From Podarcis liolepis (Eukaryota), in assembly GCA_965112155.1 (NCBI GenBank), contig OZ218100.1: a DNA stretch of 64,000 nucleotides. One strand, 5' to 3'. This document shows, one piece after another, positions 49,121 to 63,260 of the stretch. The position numbers were made by a program, and so were the translations under genes. Each line of letters starts with the position of its first letter. Within the stretch, counting starts at the first letter, position 1. The notes beneath the pieces were generated by a model. The model had not been told where the DNA came from, made no database searches, and was given only the letters and a program-made list of their open reading frames with translations.

Positions 49121-52100
49121 AGGGAGGATGGCATTTTGGAATTCCCACATTATAAAAATAAATAAATTATGCAACTGGGGGAAAAAAATTCAAGAGGAAG
49201 ATTCCACCCCATCTCATTATTTGTTGTGCTTATCTTGTACTTGCAGGAGTTGTGTTTTTGTTTTAATGCAAGGGAGCTTGTAAAATTGTGGCACACCCAC
49301 CCACCTGTAGTTGAAAATAGTACATTCCATTCACCACCTCTACATACAACCACATTGTTTCCAACTTATTATGCTGCATGTGCAGATCAGGATTTAAATA
49401 AAGCAGGGAGGTGTAGACTGAACTGACCATAATTCCCAAATTGGAAAGAAGGGGAGAAACTGGAAAAGATCTCTAGATCCTACTCCCTATATATTCAAAT
49501 AATCAGAAGCAAGATACTTACAAAATGGAAGCAACACAGTCATATCTGATGTAGCACTTTCACTTTCCCTACACTTCTCTGAGTTAACCCATTGACAAAC
49601 CAATAGGGTAGAAAAGCTCAAAATCCAAAATACCATAAAGCTCACGCACCTGCAAGGATTCCTGAAAGGTCTTCATTTATAAGCTTGAACTTTCAAAAAC
49701 CCTCTCTTAAAGAGTGAAAGATATATTTGAGAAATTGTTTGCTGCATATTTTGTTGGTCCAGATGAATCACTGGCAGTGCAATATCTAAAGTATGCCCCA
49801 CACAGATCAATTGGCTTTACCACCATGAAAGTGTGTGTTGAATTGAAGCCTCAATGTTGAAAACTACTCTTTTGTAAAATAAGTTAAGTGGGACAGGCTT
49901 TTACTCACTGTAAACATAACTGGAGCAAATTGGAATATTTTAGTAAAAAGATAATTTTGCTAAAAAGGGTCATGGGAACATTTCCTACATTTTTTATTTA
50001 TACAACTCACTAAGAATATTTAAATCATATCTGCACAAAGCTTTGAGAATATATTCTGCCTTTATTGTTCACAAAAAGGAGATCCAAAGTCATTAAGTCC
50101 ACTCAAAGGAACCAGATAAAGGAAGGAAAAAGAATGGAAAAGGAGTTTGGATATCAGTAACAGCACATCTTACAAAGAACAGCATATCTCAAAGGCAAGA
50201 AAAACACATTTATTGCTCTTCTCCAAAAACATGGTGTCACTGTCCCAAATTATTTCAAGATGTAATCTGGATGATAATAAGGACCCCCATGCCCATAATG
50301 AAAGAAAACTCTCAGATATAGTTCAGGAGTAGTGAACCTTTTTTGAGTCAAGAGCTACAGTACATTACCCCTCTGGAAAGCTGCTGTGAGTCACCTAGTA
50401 GTGGATGGGGCCAGTCTCCCACCACAGAAACACACAATCTCTCCCTCCCTCTTTCCTTCCCACCCTCTCTCTAACACACACAAACACACACTCACTCCTG
50501 AAAATTGAAGCACATCTTTAATTCCTCATAATACCACACAACTTCACTTTCCATTTTCTCCATAGACTTTAAGAAAAAAGTTGGGCTCTCCAACATCCCT
50601 TATTTGTTCTGACTGTACAAAAGGCAAACGTAGCTCAGTAATCCTAGCAGAATTAACGCAAATAAGGTCAATTCACAGTTGAACTTTGAGTCCTGCCTTA
50701 CAGCTATTTAAGGCCTCAAACTTCAAAATGCAATTGCATGCTGAAGCTTGCAAGCATGCAATCGCCAAACAAATGAGTACTTTTTGCATATTTGCAAAAA
50801 CACACATCTACCTCTGGGCTGAGACCTTTCCCCCACATGCTTTATTCTTCTTTTATCAGGTATTCCCGCAGAGGAAAGAGGTACAACTATGCACAACATC
50901 CAAGTCCCTTCTCCTAACAACTGCTCCCCACTGAACAGCTGGTGGTTGGAAGGAAGCCCAGGGGCCAGATGAAATAGCATATACTGTACTCTGATACTAA
51001 TAATGTTCAGTGACCAAATACCTCATCCAAGAAATCATTATCATCGTGTGGGATAGTTTCTGCCTCACCTTTTGCATGCATGCAGGGGTTCAGCTGAGCA
51101 AGCACCTTCAGCAAGTGCCTTGGTTATGAATTCATTCACTTGGGAAGAACTTACAAACACGTTGCAAGCTTTGTTCTCTCCCAGGTTAGTCCACTTTCTT
51201 TCTTTTGGAAGAATGTAGATTCAAGAGCAGGGGCTACCACTGGCTTCCTGCTCCCAAAATACCACCTTGTAAATCTTCCCAACTAGGAGATACACACAAC
51301 CTGTTTTCCTTCATGTTTGGTTCCTGACATAGGAACTTCCTGACAAAGGACACTCAGCTTTTGTGTGTCAGGCAGGGCAGTTAAGGATGGTTGTTACTTT
51401 CCTCCCCTGGGGTTTGCTCTTAATTGGAGAGTACCTGTTCATGGGTTGTTTTTTTCTTGAAAACTATTTTTGGAACCTCCTGTTGAATCTTTCTGCCGAC
51501 TGGATGGACACGTGTTTAAAGCCCCATTTTTGTGACCCCTGAGGTATTGGGTGTAAAATATTTTACTTCTTTATAAAGCAAAGAGTATGTGATTTAGTTT
51601 TGGCTAAGTCTTTTGTGGGGAACACATGTTAAAAGGTGGATGTGAGTGGATACAATTTAGGCCTCTCTGTCCAAGTTTTTAAACCCCTTGAGGCAACCAG
51701 ATGTTGTGCAGCCATTCTGCAAAAGGAAGACAAAGGGATCAGTTAGATTTCCTAACATCTCTCCCCAAATCTCTCTCTCAATGCATAGATGCTATTCTTA
51801 ATCATAAATTTAAGGTGGGCATGCATTCTGCAAGCCCAAGCCTGAAAAAAGCAGTTCAGTTCCTTCCAAATGTAGACTGATTTTATAAAGGCATTCAAAG
51901 GGTATAGAATCTGCCCACTGTAGCTCTGAATTTTTAAAAAGGGAAATGCATGTGTGTATCTCACTTAATCAGCCTTTGCTGTGACTTGGCCTGAAAGCTG
52001 ACCTATAGTGAGGGCAGTAACCAGATTTTCAAAAATGGCAGAAATACAATCCTAATCCAAGCATAAGGAGATCACACCAAGCAAGAATATGTCTTCAGTT

Positions 52101-52263
52101 TAAGCAGACCTCATTTTCCTGTTTGTCTGTCTGCCATTTTACACTGCCTGTTTACTGCAGCAGCCCAGAGTTGAAAAACTGTGGCAGATAGCAGATGTAC
52201 CAATTAATAACCTGTCAAGGCTGATGGATAGAATGAAAAAAAGCCTCTTACAGACAAACATAT

Positions 52264-52267
<4 letters not shown>

Positions 52268-52312
<45 letters not shown>
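52268..52312. repeat. (TG)n microsatellite, read as (CA)n in PRKN pre-mRNA
   Basis: Direct reading; ~140 nt into intron 8. Confidence 0.96.
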
Positions 52313-52316
<4 letters not shown>

Positions 52317-52444
52317 GTGTGCCCCATTCCAATTTCAGGGCGCAGAGAGGGTCATGAGACACATGGTGCTTCCCCAGAGAGAGACGAAGCTGTCTCATTA
52401 GCGTCTATCTTTCATGACACCATGACGCTGCCTTTCAGATGTTA

Positions 52445-52549
<105 letters not shown>

Positions 52550-54103
52550 TTATTTTCATGGGCTCTGGGAGTGTGATATACTGCGAGGAGACACAGAGAT
52601 GTAGCATCAGAGATGGATACCCAGCTTAAGTAGCATCGTAAAATGTTATTGAAAACTGGAGTAGATATACAGTATTAGCCGACAATCCTGCTATACCATA
52701 TTTCAGAACTTGCTAGGAATGCTTTGAAGGATTGTAGTCTTCATATTTATAGTCTGGCCTTCTCTCCGTGGTATGATGAGAAAGCAAGAGATTAGCAAGG
52801 GAAAACTTTCTGTAGGGTATTATCTTTTTTAACAACAACAACTAGCAACGCGGCTTATGAATGAGAGGGACTCAGGTATAAACATTATGGGAGCTTTGAG
52901 ATGGTTAAGCTTGTTACTACCAACGAGGGTTTATCTTTAATAAGAAAATTCATTTGTCTTTTTTTTATTCACATCTGCTAGAGTCGGGTGAATGGGGATG
53001 CCATTTGGCATTTGGCAACCCCTGGAAACACCCTTTTTCATCGCATGGGGCTGCTGCTTGTGGAAAGACCACGTGCATTCGTAGGGCCAGTGCCACACTT
53101 GGAGGCCCTTGGCATGGTCCCAACCCAACCAGGGCCCGCCTTGTGGTGGCTGCGGTATGGCGTGGCATGCATTCTCTGCTCCTGCTGCTGCTTTGGCAAT
53201 GGTGGTGTCACTTGCTGCCCTCCATAGCGTCACCAAGCACATGTCAGCAGTTAACAGGCAGCAGCACTGTTAAATGGGGGCTAAGCTTGACTCCCATCTA
53301 TGGTGGCCACACCCCATCTCACTACCCAAAATGCAATGCCCAGGGCACTACATTTTGACTGACTAATAATGGTAGGGGGCCGCCATGGATGAGTGCTGAG
53401 CTTGGCTCCCCTTAAAAAGTGCCCCACCACTGAAAAGCATCTGGGGGCCTGAAGGGCAGGGCAGGGAATGGTGCCATCAGTGCCATGGGCACCCATAACC
53501 AGTGTCCAACAATATATTATCTACACACACACAAACATAATTTCTTTCCCGAAAAAATCAAGTGACCTGTTTTACAGAGTGATAGCTCTCCCAGATTTGG
53601 GGGAATCGTTTACTCTCAGATTATAAATTTTGAAGGAAGTGTTAAAGATGTAACCATTCTGGAAAGTTAAAAGAACACATTGTCATGAAATACTCTGCTT
53701 TTCCCAGGCAGAGTCCACGTTTAAAGTTCTGTTTTCAAGTGCCCTTACCTCCTGCCCAGTTTTCCCCATGAAAATTTGCTCTTTAAAGCTCAATCTGAGC
53801 AAATATTAATCTGCAGAAAACCCAAATTGACCTTTGTTCCAATTCAGCTTTTAAGAGCAAGTTTTCACAGGGAAAGCTTGGGACAAAACAACAAAACATT
53901 CAAACATTAAACCACACATCTTTGCTTTGAAAGAGTAGGGCAAGAGGTTCAATGTTATACCAACTAAAGGTTAAATAAAAACCCTTTTGTTTCATGACGA
54001 ACCATGAATGCCAAAGCTTAAGAAGGAAAATCTGCAGCCCTAGCACTCACATCCATTTTGCATAGAGTGCACTAATGGTTAATTACCGGTCTTTCACATA
54101 CGG

Positions 54104-54107
<4 letters not shown>

Positions 54108-54149
<42 letters not shown>
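54108..54149. repeat. (CT)n microsatellite
   Basis: Direct reading. Confidence 0.96.
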
Positions 54150-54153
<4 letters not shown>

Positions 54154-56169
54154 CCTCAATATAGCAACTCTCTTATATTCTCCCTGTAAAGTATAACTTT
54201 ACAAAAGGAGCCTGAGCTACAAAGGAAAATACTCAAATATACATAGTCAATAAAAAGAAAACTTGGTGGAACCAAAGGAAATGAGAAAGGGGAAAGAAGT
54301 GGATAAGTGTCTTTAAATAATAGCTAAACAATTGTGTTATCCACACTTACGCTTCCTCCACTCTTTCTAGAGCTTTCTCTAGAAAACAGGCTCTCTAAAG
54401 CTCAGTTGCTGCAAACAGCAATCCATTGGTAACCTAAATTGATGTGAGCTCCGATTGAGTGCTAAAGAGTGAGTTTTCGTGGGGAAAGCTCCAGGGCAAA
54501 AAGTCAACAATGCTCAGACACAAAGCTTTTAAGCATGGACCTGTGCTTGAAAAGAACAGGGCAAAAGCTAAGTGTGGGTAAGATCTCAGATTAGGTAGAT
54601 CAAGAGACTAGAAAACATCAGTAAAAAGCTTTAATTTTTCTCCACTGCAGATGATATGATCCCAACAAGATGACATCTACCTAGATTTTCATTAGTGAAA
54701 TAACTTAAGCAAGGTTTTGTAGACTGTTACAGCATCAAAAAGATAACCAAAACAATTCCTGTAGTTTTACAGGAACTATTAATTCTGTGTTTTGCCCTTG
54801 ATTTTTTATAACATGTTTTTCAGTGGGCTATGAAGCTATTAGGTGTGTCTAGTAGTGACATGACCAAGGATACTCTATGACCCTGGCTCCAGAATCCAAA
54901 AACCAAAAGTCTCTAAAAGTCCCACAACCTTGGCAGAAATATTTGCAGTCATAAGTTCTGTTAAAGCCCTACTGTTTCAGCAATTCTCTGGGATGAGGAA
55001 AGGACTGTTAAAAACCCTTTATCTCTCATGTATAGTTAAACCCACAGGTACTTACTGCACATATAATGAATGAAAATAGCAGGCTGTGCAGATGACTAAC
55101 AAATCATAGAGTGAAACCAAATAGACTTTTGTTTTTCTGGATCCTTTATTCCATCTAAATAATATATTTTCCTTTAAGATAAAATATATACTTTCCCATG
55201 CATTAATGCCATCATTATATTATCACCATAACAATATAGGAATTTACATATAAATACATCCTTTCATGCTGATCAGGATAAAAAAGAAATTCATGGCTGT
55301 TTAGTAGCCCCCCCCCCCCCCGACTAGCAAGAAATCCCAGAATTAGTGAAATTGCAGATTCTAAAAACAACCAAACCCAATACTGGTTGATTCTTCTTTT
55401 TTTAATTTTAAGAGATACCAGCTTTGGGATTTACACAGAAATAAACTCAATTTTTTTAGCAATGAGATGATTTATATAAAGCACAGAAATAATGATTTGC
55501 AATGGAAACAAAGCTGGAAATATTGCGTTGACATCACAATACCCTAATAAATACTGATTCAATCCTCCAGTCATTTTCAGATCTCTAAACTGTTGAAACT
55601 AATTAGAATACTGATGTAAATGAAAGACCTTTATCGTTCTTGAGTCCGATCCAGTGCAGAAGAATTGTACCTCCATGACACTCTAATTACTCTTGAGGTG
55701 TCAGGCAGTGTCAGACAGTGATGCCTAAAGATAGAGACTTCATTGTACGAAAGTTAATTAAATGCTTTGAGGTTTGTAGCAACCATCTTGCTTCCACCAT
55801 GTGAAAAACAAGAAGTTGGCTGAAGGGATCAGCTCACACATAGATAGAAATCTTATTGCTGATGGACAGCAGAAAGACAATGATAGTACTATTTTTTATG
55901 ATATTGCATTGTGTGAACTAAGCCCCAAAGTGATGCCTTTGTCTATAAAATGAGGCCTAGAAATGTTTAAGGGAGTACGTAAATTCAATACAAGGGAAGG
56001 AATTCAATGCTGTACTGATTGTTCCATCAGGAAAAGCATTTCTGCTTGCCAGACAGAACAACCCTTCCCTCATGCCCCTGTGTGCTGTTAGGAAGATTCT
56101 CTGACCACTGCCCGCCTAGCCAATTTTGGAAGAGGCATGAGGGGAGGAAGTGGGAAGCCTTGTTGCATA

Positions 56170-56332
56170 GTCAGAAGTCCTTACACAGAATCCCACCCTT
56201 GGTATCTCCAGGTTCAACTAGGAGAGACCCAGGTTTGAAAGAGCCAGAAGAGTCATTGCCATTCAGAGAAAACGGTACTGAGCGAGACAGACTATTGACT
56301 CTGACTCAGTCAAGTCAGTTTTCTGTGTTCCT
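56170..56332 (+). mobile_element. Squam2-like SINE, degraded
   Basis: ggtatctccaggt...actgagcgagacagact...ctgactcagt...ctgtgttccta, homologous to 60703-60888. Confidence 0.55.
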
Positions 56333-56604
56333 AATGGCACATTTCAGCTACGCTAGGAGTGCCTCTCAAGCAGAAAACAGGAGCCAACCAAGAAGTGCCT
56401 GAACAGCTGAATTCAAAGAGTTGGTATTCAGGTGCATTTCCTTCTCCTAGAGCTCCCCCTTTGTCTTTCACATTTAAAGAAACAATTCTAACACTTTCCA
56501 GGGAGTAGCAGCACTGAACAGAACATCAAAACCATCCCCACATCCAAAGCTGTGCCATTGGATATACATGCAGTGAAATGGGTGATATCCTCATTGTGTT
56601 ATCC

Positions 56605-56712
56605 CAGTGATGGCCAAACTTGGCTCTCCTGGTGTTTTGGGACTACAATTCCCATCATCCCTGACCACTGGTTCTGTTAGCTAGTGATGATGGGAGTTGT
56701 AGTCCCAAAAAT
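56605..56712. mobile_element. Palindromic hAT MITE, truncated
   Basis: ttttgggactacaattcccatcatc...gatgatgggagttgtagtcccaaaa hairpin. Same family as 59198-59332. Confidence 0.8.
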
Positions 56713-58129
56713 ATACAAGTCATGCAAGTCTTTCCATGGCACATTATTGCACCAAACAGAAGCAGCTTCTATCCCACTGTGTGTATTAATGCACAAAGCC
56801 TTCAGACTGAAATCATCAGCAAACCTAGGGAATGAGGCTCATTGGACACCACGAAACTTACTTTTTAGTAAACGTGCACAGGGTTATTCTAATAAGCAAA
56901 TTGTTCTCATAATTTTGACAGCATTTAAGTAATTCCAAGAGTTTTGGAGTCCTTGTAGTTCCCTTCCATGAACATTATTCCTGTGGAGTAAGTCTGTATC
57001 ACGCCCATTGTGTTGATGGGTATGTTGAGACTTGCCCAAAGCCTCCCAGTGTTCCCATGATGCATTTTTTTTTAAAAAAACCCCAGTATCCTAGGCTCAA
57101 GTCTGCAACTCAAAGCTCAGGTCCTGCTTGTCACTTTCCCAAAGGCATCTGAAAAGAGAATGTGTGAGTACACAACGCTGGACTGGAAGGTCCTTTGGTT
57201 TGATCCAGCAGGGCTTGTGTCTCGGAAGCTACTGGTCTACGCTGGCTCTCCACTTTCTAGGAGGCCAACCTAAAAGTCTCTTAGGAAAGATTTGTGGCAA
57301 CTTGATTTTAACTGTCCTGTCTCTTCACAGCTTACACATCACAAGCAAAAGGAGTGCAATTTGTGCACACATCTAATGTGCTTGCACATGAACTGCCAAG
57401 AGAGCCTCGCAAGAGACTGGAAGAGATAAAACAAATGACATGAAATGCATTACTGGCAATGTACACAGTGTGTCAGCTGCAATGGGGAAAATTCTGCTGG
57501 ACTGATTATCTGCAACTCTGGCCTCCGCGAGCAGAAGCGCTTTTCATTTTAATGCATGCTTTAAAGCTAAATTACTCAAAGTAAATGAACCGCTATAGCT
57601 ATTTGCTTCAAACATACTTCCTGGCTAATCTTTATGGCAGAAAATAGCAGCAGGGGGAAAAAAGTCTGCATTCTAGAGAGATATTTTTTTAAAAAATCTA
57701 TACACGTATTCAAAGCACAGGGCTTTATTGTAATCTCAGTTTTGGCCAAATTAAAGAAATTTTATGGTGCCAGGAGCTGTTACTTTTGAAAATTTAATTG
57801 ATATTTTAAAACTCTGCTGTATGATAGACTATCCAAATAAGCTCAGGGCAGAGATGTTTCCAAAACCAATTCCAAGCCTGTCTAGTAAGATTGGTAGTGC
57901 AAGATTTTTAGATTAGTTACTAGGGGCCACTTGTCACTTTACATGCTAAACCTGATTACTGCACATACAGTGGTGTTTTGAATAGTGCTTCCCACAACAA
58001 AGTAGTATAGTAAAGTGTAGATGATGTTTTTAAGCACCCATGTAGACACGTTGGGGACCATAAAATATGAAGCTACCATGATACTCCTTTTCTCAAGTTG
58101 TGGGACTGATGTCTAATTTTGGAGTAAAA

Positions 58130-58830
58130 TGTGGTGAATTATTTGTGGATTTAATAGACTGAGCTTCTGAAAAAGGCAAGGCATTGAGAAACAACAGGTA
58201 TCTCACTTTTGAAAATCTTGGCCAATTCATGATTATATGTTTGAGAAAACCCCACCTTTTTTTGCTTAGAAATCTATGGAAACAGGATATAACAAATTTT
58301 AATTTAACCATCTCACAAGCTGAATGGGACTGGATGTTTGAGAACATCCCAGCAGCATTATTAAGTGCTGATCTAAAAGAAAGAGATAAGTTCATATTTC
58401 ATTGGTACCTAGCTGAAAAAATTATAGACAAGACATGCAGTGCTGGAGACGCAAAACAACCAACCAACAACAACAACAACAACAACAAAAACAACCCAAA
58501 GGCAGATTTTATGCATATGAAAATAAAATAATTTTGGACCACAAATTCTGAATATAATACAGGAAATGTGACCTTACTGACAACAGCAAAACTTTGTATA
58601 GAAACTCTTAACCTACCCTGCAGCAGCAGTAGAATGGCTGAAGAAAATGGGGGAGATTGCTTTGTTGAGAAGGCTGACATATAATAGTAAAGCACTGAAA
58701 ACCTTGATTCACGACTCCGAAGGTCCTGAGAACAAGTAGTATTCAAGCAAATGGGAGCATACTCTGAACCTAGAGGAAGGGAAACTAATGATAAACTCAT
58801 GGAGTACTTATTCCTCAAAAGTTACACTGA
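58130..58830 (+). mobile_element. Degraded L1-clade ORF2 C-terminal fragment
   Basis: ORF 58184..58531 (WKQDI...ISQAEW...KFIFHWYL...KADFMHM) plus a frameshifted TGCTGGAGACGC (CWR-) resembles the Cys-rich end of non-mammalian L1 ORF2. An (AAC)n expansion lies inside. Confidence 0.65.
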
Positions 58831-59197
58831 GTTATTGTTGCCTTCAATCTTTGTAATACTATGATCACTTCCTAATGTGGCAGTGGGGACTTTTCAACCT
58901 GAGGGCCATATTCCTTGTGAGCACCTTTCCAGGATCCACATCCCAGGGGTGGTTAAGTGGGTAAGGACAGGGATAAAAGTGCACACAGGAGTAAACACAA
59001 CTCTGGCCTTTGTAGAGTAGGCTACGTTACTGCCACACCAAAGTCAGTGGTTTCTACAATCACACATGTTGTATCTCTCCATCCTGCAAGCAAGAGGCAT
59101 GGCCACATTTTAAGGACACATTCCAGCCAGATACAAGCACCCAAGGAGGGTACAGAGCAGAGCTGGTGATGGGTTTGGCTTAGGGAAAGTCCTAAGA

Positions 59198-59332
59198 CAG
59201 CAAAGGCAAACTCGGCCCTTCAGATGTTTTGGGACTACAACTCCTATCATCCCTAGCTAACAGGACCAGTAGTCAGGGATGATGGGAGTTGTAGCCCCAA
59301 AACATCTGGAGGGCCAAGTTTGCCTATGCCTG
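59198..59332. mobile_element. Palindromic hAT-Charlie-type MITE, 135 bp, nested in an older hAT remnant (~58880-59399)
   Basis: Long internal inverted repeat and a perfect 8-bp TSD tcctaaga (59190-59197, 59333-59340). Confidence 0.9.
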
Positions 59333-60702
59333 TCCTAAGAGCTAGACAGAGAATTCTGGAGGGCCACCTTAGTCACTGGGCCTGAGGTTTCCCACCCTGT
59401 TCTAATGGATAGGACCTGTACAACTATTAGATTTTGTTGGACTACAACTTCCATCATTGGACATGTTGATTGTGGTTGATGGGAAATGTAGCCTAACAAT
59501 ATCTGGAGAGTACCACATTGGCTACCTTTGACTTTAGCCCTTCTTTGCTGCCTGGAAGCCACCATAGAGCTTCTGTTACTGCAGGTGACTTCTGGACCAC
59601 TTCTCTTCTGCTCAGCATTCTGCTCTCTGACTGTTGACACTGCTAGACAGCTCCTCACCTTTCTCTGATAGGAATACTTCTCCTTCACTACAGAAATCAC
59701 AGTCTTGGGTTCTACAAGCCGTGTAATTTATATTTACTAAATCTGGTTGAACATTGCTGTTTGCATCACGAGGCTGAATGCACAACAGACTTAGAAAACA
59801 AAGTAATATCAAACAGGATTTTATTATATTTTTAAACTACAGGAGTATCTGTAACCATCTTCCTCTAGTCCATATCCTCTATTTATTGGCACTTTGTCCA
59901 TAAATATTGCAGTGGAAACCTCATGGCATGAATAAGGGTGAAAGGCTTTTTGCACGGTTGGCATACTAGATATTTAGCACAATCAACCCAGTTCATGAAA
60001 GGATTTTTCTTCATCATCTTTTATTCAAAAAGTAGTTGGAATTTCCAAAGCAAGCTCTGCTCTTGGATTTCTACCTTCATGCTGACACTGGTGTTTGATG
60101 ATTATCGGCCCTTTTCAGAAAGCAAGAGCGAGGTCAGGAGTTTTCAGCATGTGGTGAAGAACAATCCTAAGAGGGGAAGTTGTCTTCTAAAAAAAACAAC
60201 AACCAACTGTAGCTGAATAAAAGTCATCATGGAGCAAAAACAGCTGTCTAAGAATTCTGTTTCCAACTTACTGGAGGTTACAATGACTGCTAGAATGAAC
60301 AGGTAAAAGGCAAAAAGGACAATCATTTTTGAAAGAGCAATGAAACTGAAGTAGGATGCTTTTTAACCAAATAGCCTACAGAAAAATAATGTCTGGCCTC
60401 AGGTTAAAGTGATTTGGAGAAGGAGAAAAATATTTAATCACCTCTCCAAACTCTGTTTTCAGCTGGAAAATCAAAGCATTTGTGAGCTCTATTAGCTTAC
60501 TATCACCAGAAACATTATTGTTGGCAGGAGGTGGCAAACAGCAGGAATAAGCTCCAGACCTCTAAAGTAGGTTTTGAGGTTGCTTTGGGTCCTAGATCCA
60601 AACTCCTTAGCCAAAACTCAAAAGACACATTTATTATGGGACGTAATAAGTGATTTTCAGTGATCCAAAAGCAGCAATGTTCACAGTTGCTACTTCATTT
60701 TG

Positions 60703-60888
60703 AGGAAGGGCTATAGCTCATTGCTAGAGCATATGTGTGCAGAAAGTCCCATATTCAACCTCTGGCATCTCCAGGTGAAGCTGGGAGAGTCCCTTGCCTG
60801 AAACCTTGGGAGAGCCACTGCCAGTCACTGTAGATGATACCAAGCCAGATTGACCAAATCTTCTGACTCAGTAGAAGGCAGCTGCCTT
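60703..60888 (+). mobile_element. Squam2-like SINE, near full length
   Basis: ggaagggctatagctca (A box)...ggcatctccaggt...gcctgaaaccttgggagagccactgccagtc...ctgactcagtagaaggcagctgcct. Confidence 0.78.
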
Positions 60889-60896
60889 GTTGCTGG

Positions 60897-60990
60897 CCTC
60901 TGTCTGTCTCAAGAGACAATGGAGTGTGCCCCCAGGGGTGAAGACAAACCACTGGAGAATCACAGCGCCTGCTGTGGCTGCAGAGACCAG
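60897..60990. mobile_element. Possible RTE-type LINE terminal fragment
   Basis: tgtctcaagagacaatggagtgtgcccccaggggtgaagacaaacc resembles a common lacertid repeat end. The family call is from recall only. Confidence 0.35.
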
Positions 60991-62722
60991 CAACTCGTGA
61001 CTGTTGCCCCCCACGTTTATCTGCATTAGCAGCTATGTTCCACTTATTTTGCTAAGATACGTATTAAAAGGAGATAAGGAGTACACTTCATCATGTGTAG
61101 TTCTTTTGAGTCACATTTGTGAATCCAGCATTAGCCTTTCAATGGGAATTAGAACAAATATTTAGACTGCTACACAAATGCCTCAGACTTAAATGATTCT
61201 AGTCTACAAATAAATAGCTCACAAACACACATTCAGCCAAGAGAGACTTATTTTTTAAAAACAAAAAACAAAAAACAGAACATTGATATTATGCACACAA
61301 TTAATTAAATATTTGGACAAGAGACAATGGATTGCTCCTTTCAAAATCAAAGCAATGCCCTATAGATGACCAGCCTTATTTTCATGCATGTGATCTGCTG
61401 CTTAACTGACAACATACATTTCCCTTTCTCGCCCTCACCGCCAATATCCGTAATCACATCCTCTCCTCCTCTGTGCTCTGTGATAGAACCTGGCACTCTT
61501 TCCCTCTTCTGCAAAATGAGGACAATTTTGCATTTCACCTTAATCAGATCAAATTAGGACAGGTGGTAACCCTGCAGGCAACATAATTATGAAAAATGCC
61601 AGCATTCAATACACACTGTCCTTCCACAACCTCCCAATCTAATAGGACATCACAGTACATTTTAAACTGACAGTTTGGAATTGAAACGCACTGGAGGAGA
61701 ATATTCCGCCTTCCTTTACACCAATATAAAACTGGAAAAGTGTCAATGATGTCACTGAACTTATCCTTACAGGGTTTGATCTTGAGTGCACATGAGATTT
61801 AAAAAACAGCAACAGAATGTAACCTGCTTCCATGCAAAATATAATGACAGATGAAATAACATTGTATATGACATGGCATTGTGCTTCTTACATTACGAGC
61901 AATGACTAATACTCTGCTGATGAAAATCCTGGAAGGCATAATTAGTGAAGATGGTGAATGTAGCTTGCTTATCAAAGAGACAAAAAAATTAAAAAGGTCA
62001 CCCACTGGTGGTTCCCAGGGTAGAAACTTGCACTGCAGTCCGTAATAAGATTGCTTCAGAGTAAGCAGGTCATGCATTGTTGATGGAGAGTGTAATCAGC
62101 AAAAGAACTTACAATGAGAATAGGGGATTTGGATTGCAAACCACAATGATTTTCCTCACCCAGCCCCAAGGTTGCGATCTTGTCAAACAGCAGACTTTTA
62201 ACGAGAAGGTAGGTAAACCGCTTTGACACATGCTGAAAATCGGACCTAAGTATCAACTGCATCATTTGGATAACAAATACAGCTTAATTTAGGATTCTTT
62301 TCCTTAGAACAACAAATAATATACTCGGACAACAAATAATATACAAAACACCCTGAAAAATAAAGGCAATATATATCACAAAGAGAAAATTTTTCAGTGT
62401 CTCAGAATTACAGTCTTACTCCATGGAAACAAATTAAGCAGCCCAAACTTGACTGCTGGGATCACATTATTAGTTATGTAATGGTATTTCAGAAAGAATG
62501 TATTGCTTCAGCTCTGTCAGTGAATGTCAAAGGATTTCTTTATGGCACAAAATTTACTCTTTCCATAGGAAATAAACAAAACACTTTATTATCTGGTCTT
62601 ATCCAGTGTTAGTCATCCTGAGAGTAAACCCACTTAAATCAATGGATGTCTTTTGATTTCAGTAGGTCTACTGTGTATAATTTAGCTAAATATCACCCAT
62701 AATTAGGATAAAAATGCAATCG

Positions 62723-63007
62723 TTATAGCTCAATTTGTGATAGTGAATTCCATAGTTCAACTATGTGCTGCATGAATAGGTACTTTATTTCATCGCTTCT
62801 GAATCTTCCAACATTCAGCTTCATTGTATGGTCCCAGATTCTAGAATTATAAGAGGGTGAAAAACTCCCCCTATTCACTTTCTCCACGCCATGCAAAATC
62901 TTACACACGTCTCTCCCTTAGTTGTCTGTTTTCTAAACTAAAGAGCCCCACATTTAACTGTTCCTCAAAGGAGAGTTGCTTCAGCCCCTTAATAATTTTG
63001 GTTGTCC
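62723..63007 (-). mobile_element. CR1 LINE ORF2 C-terminal fragment
   Basis: ORF 62723..62908 (KILHGVEKVNR...MKLNVGRFRSDEIKYLFMQHIVELWNSL) is the typical CR1 RT tail. Confidence 0.9.
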
Positions 63008-63229
63008 ACATATAGAGGGTAACTATACTCGGAGGGCCACAGGCTCTGCACCCCTGTCATAGTAGAATCACCTGCAGCAATCTCTCATTATGTGAAAAGT
63101 CCAGTCCATGCCTTCTTCCAATGCTTTATCCAGAACAGCTGTTGTCCTCGTTTTTCTTCCAACATTTGATAGGCAGTTACTTGGTGATCTAGCTCTAAAG
63201 ATATGTGAAGCTGTAATGTGTATTAAAAA

Positions 63230-63256
<27 letters not shown>
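63230..63256. repeat. (TG)n microsatellite
   Basis: Direct reading. Confidence 0.95.
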
Positions 63257-63260
<4 letters not shown>

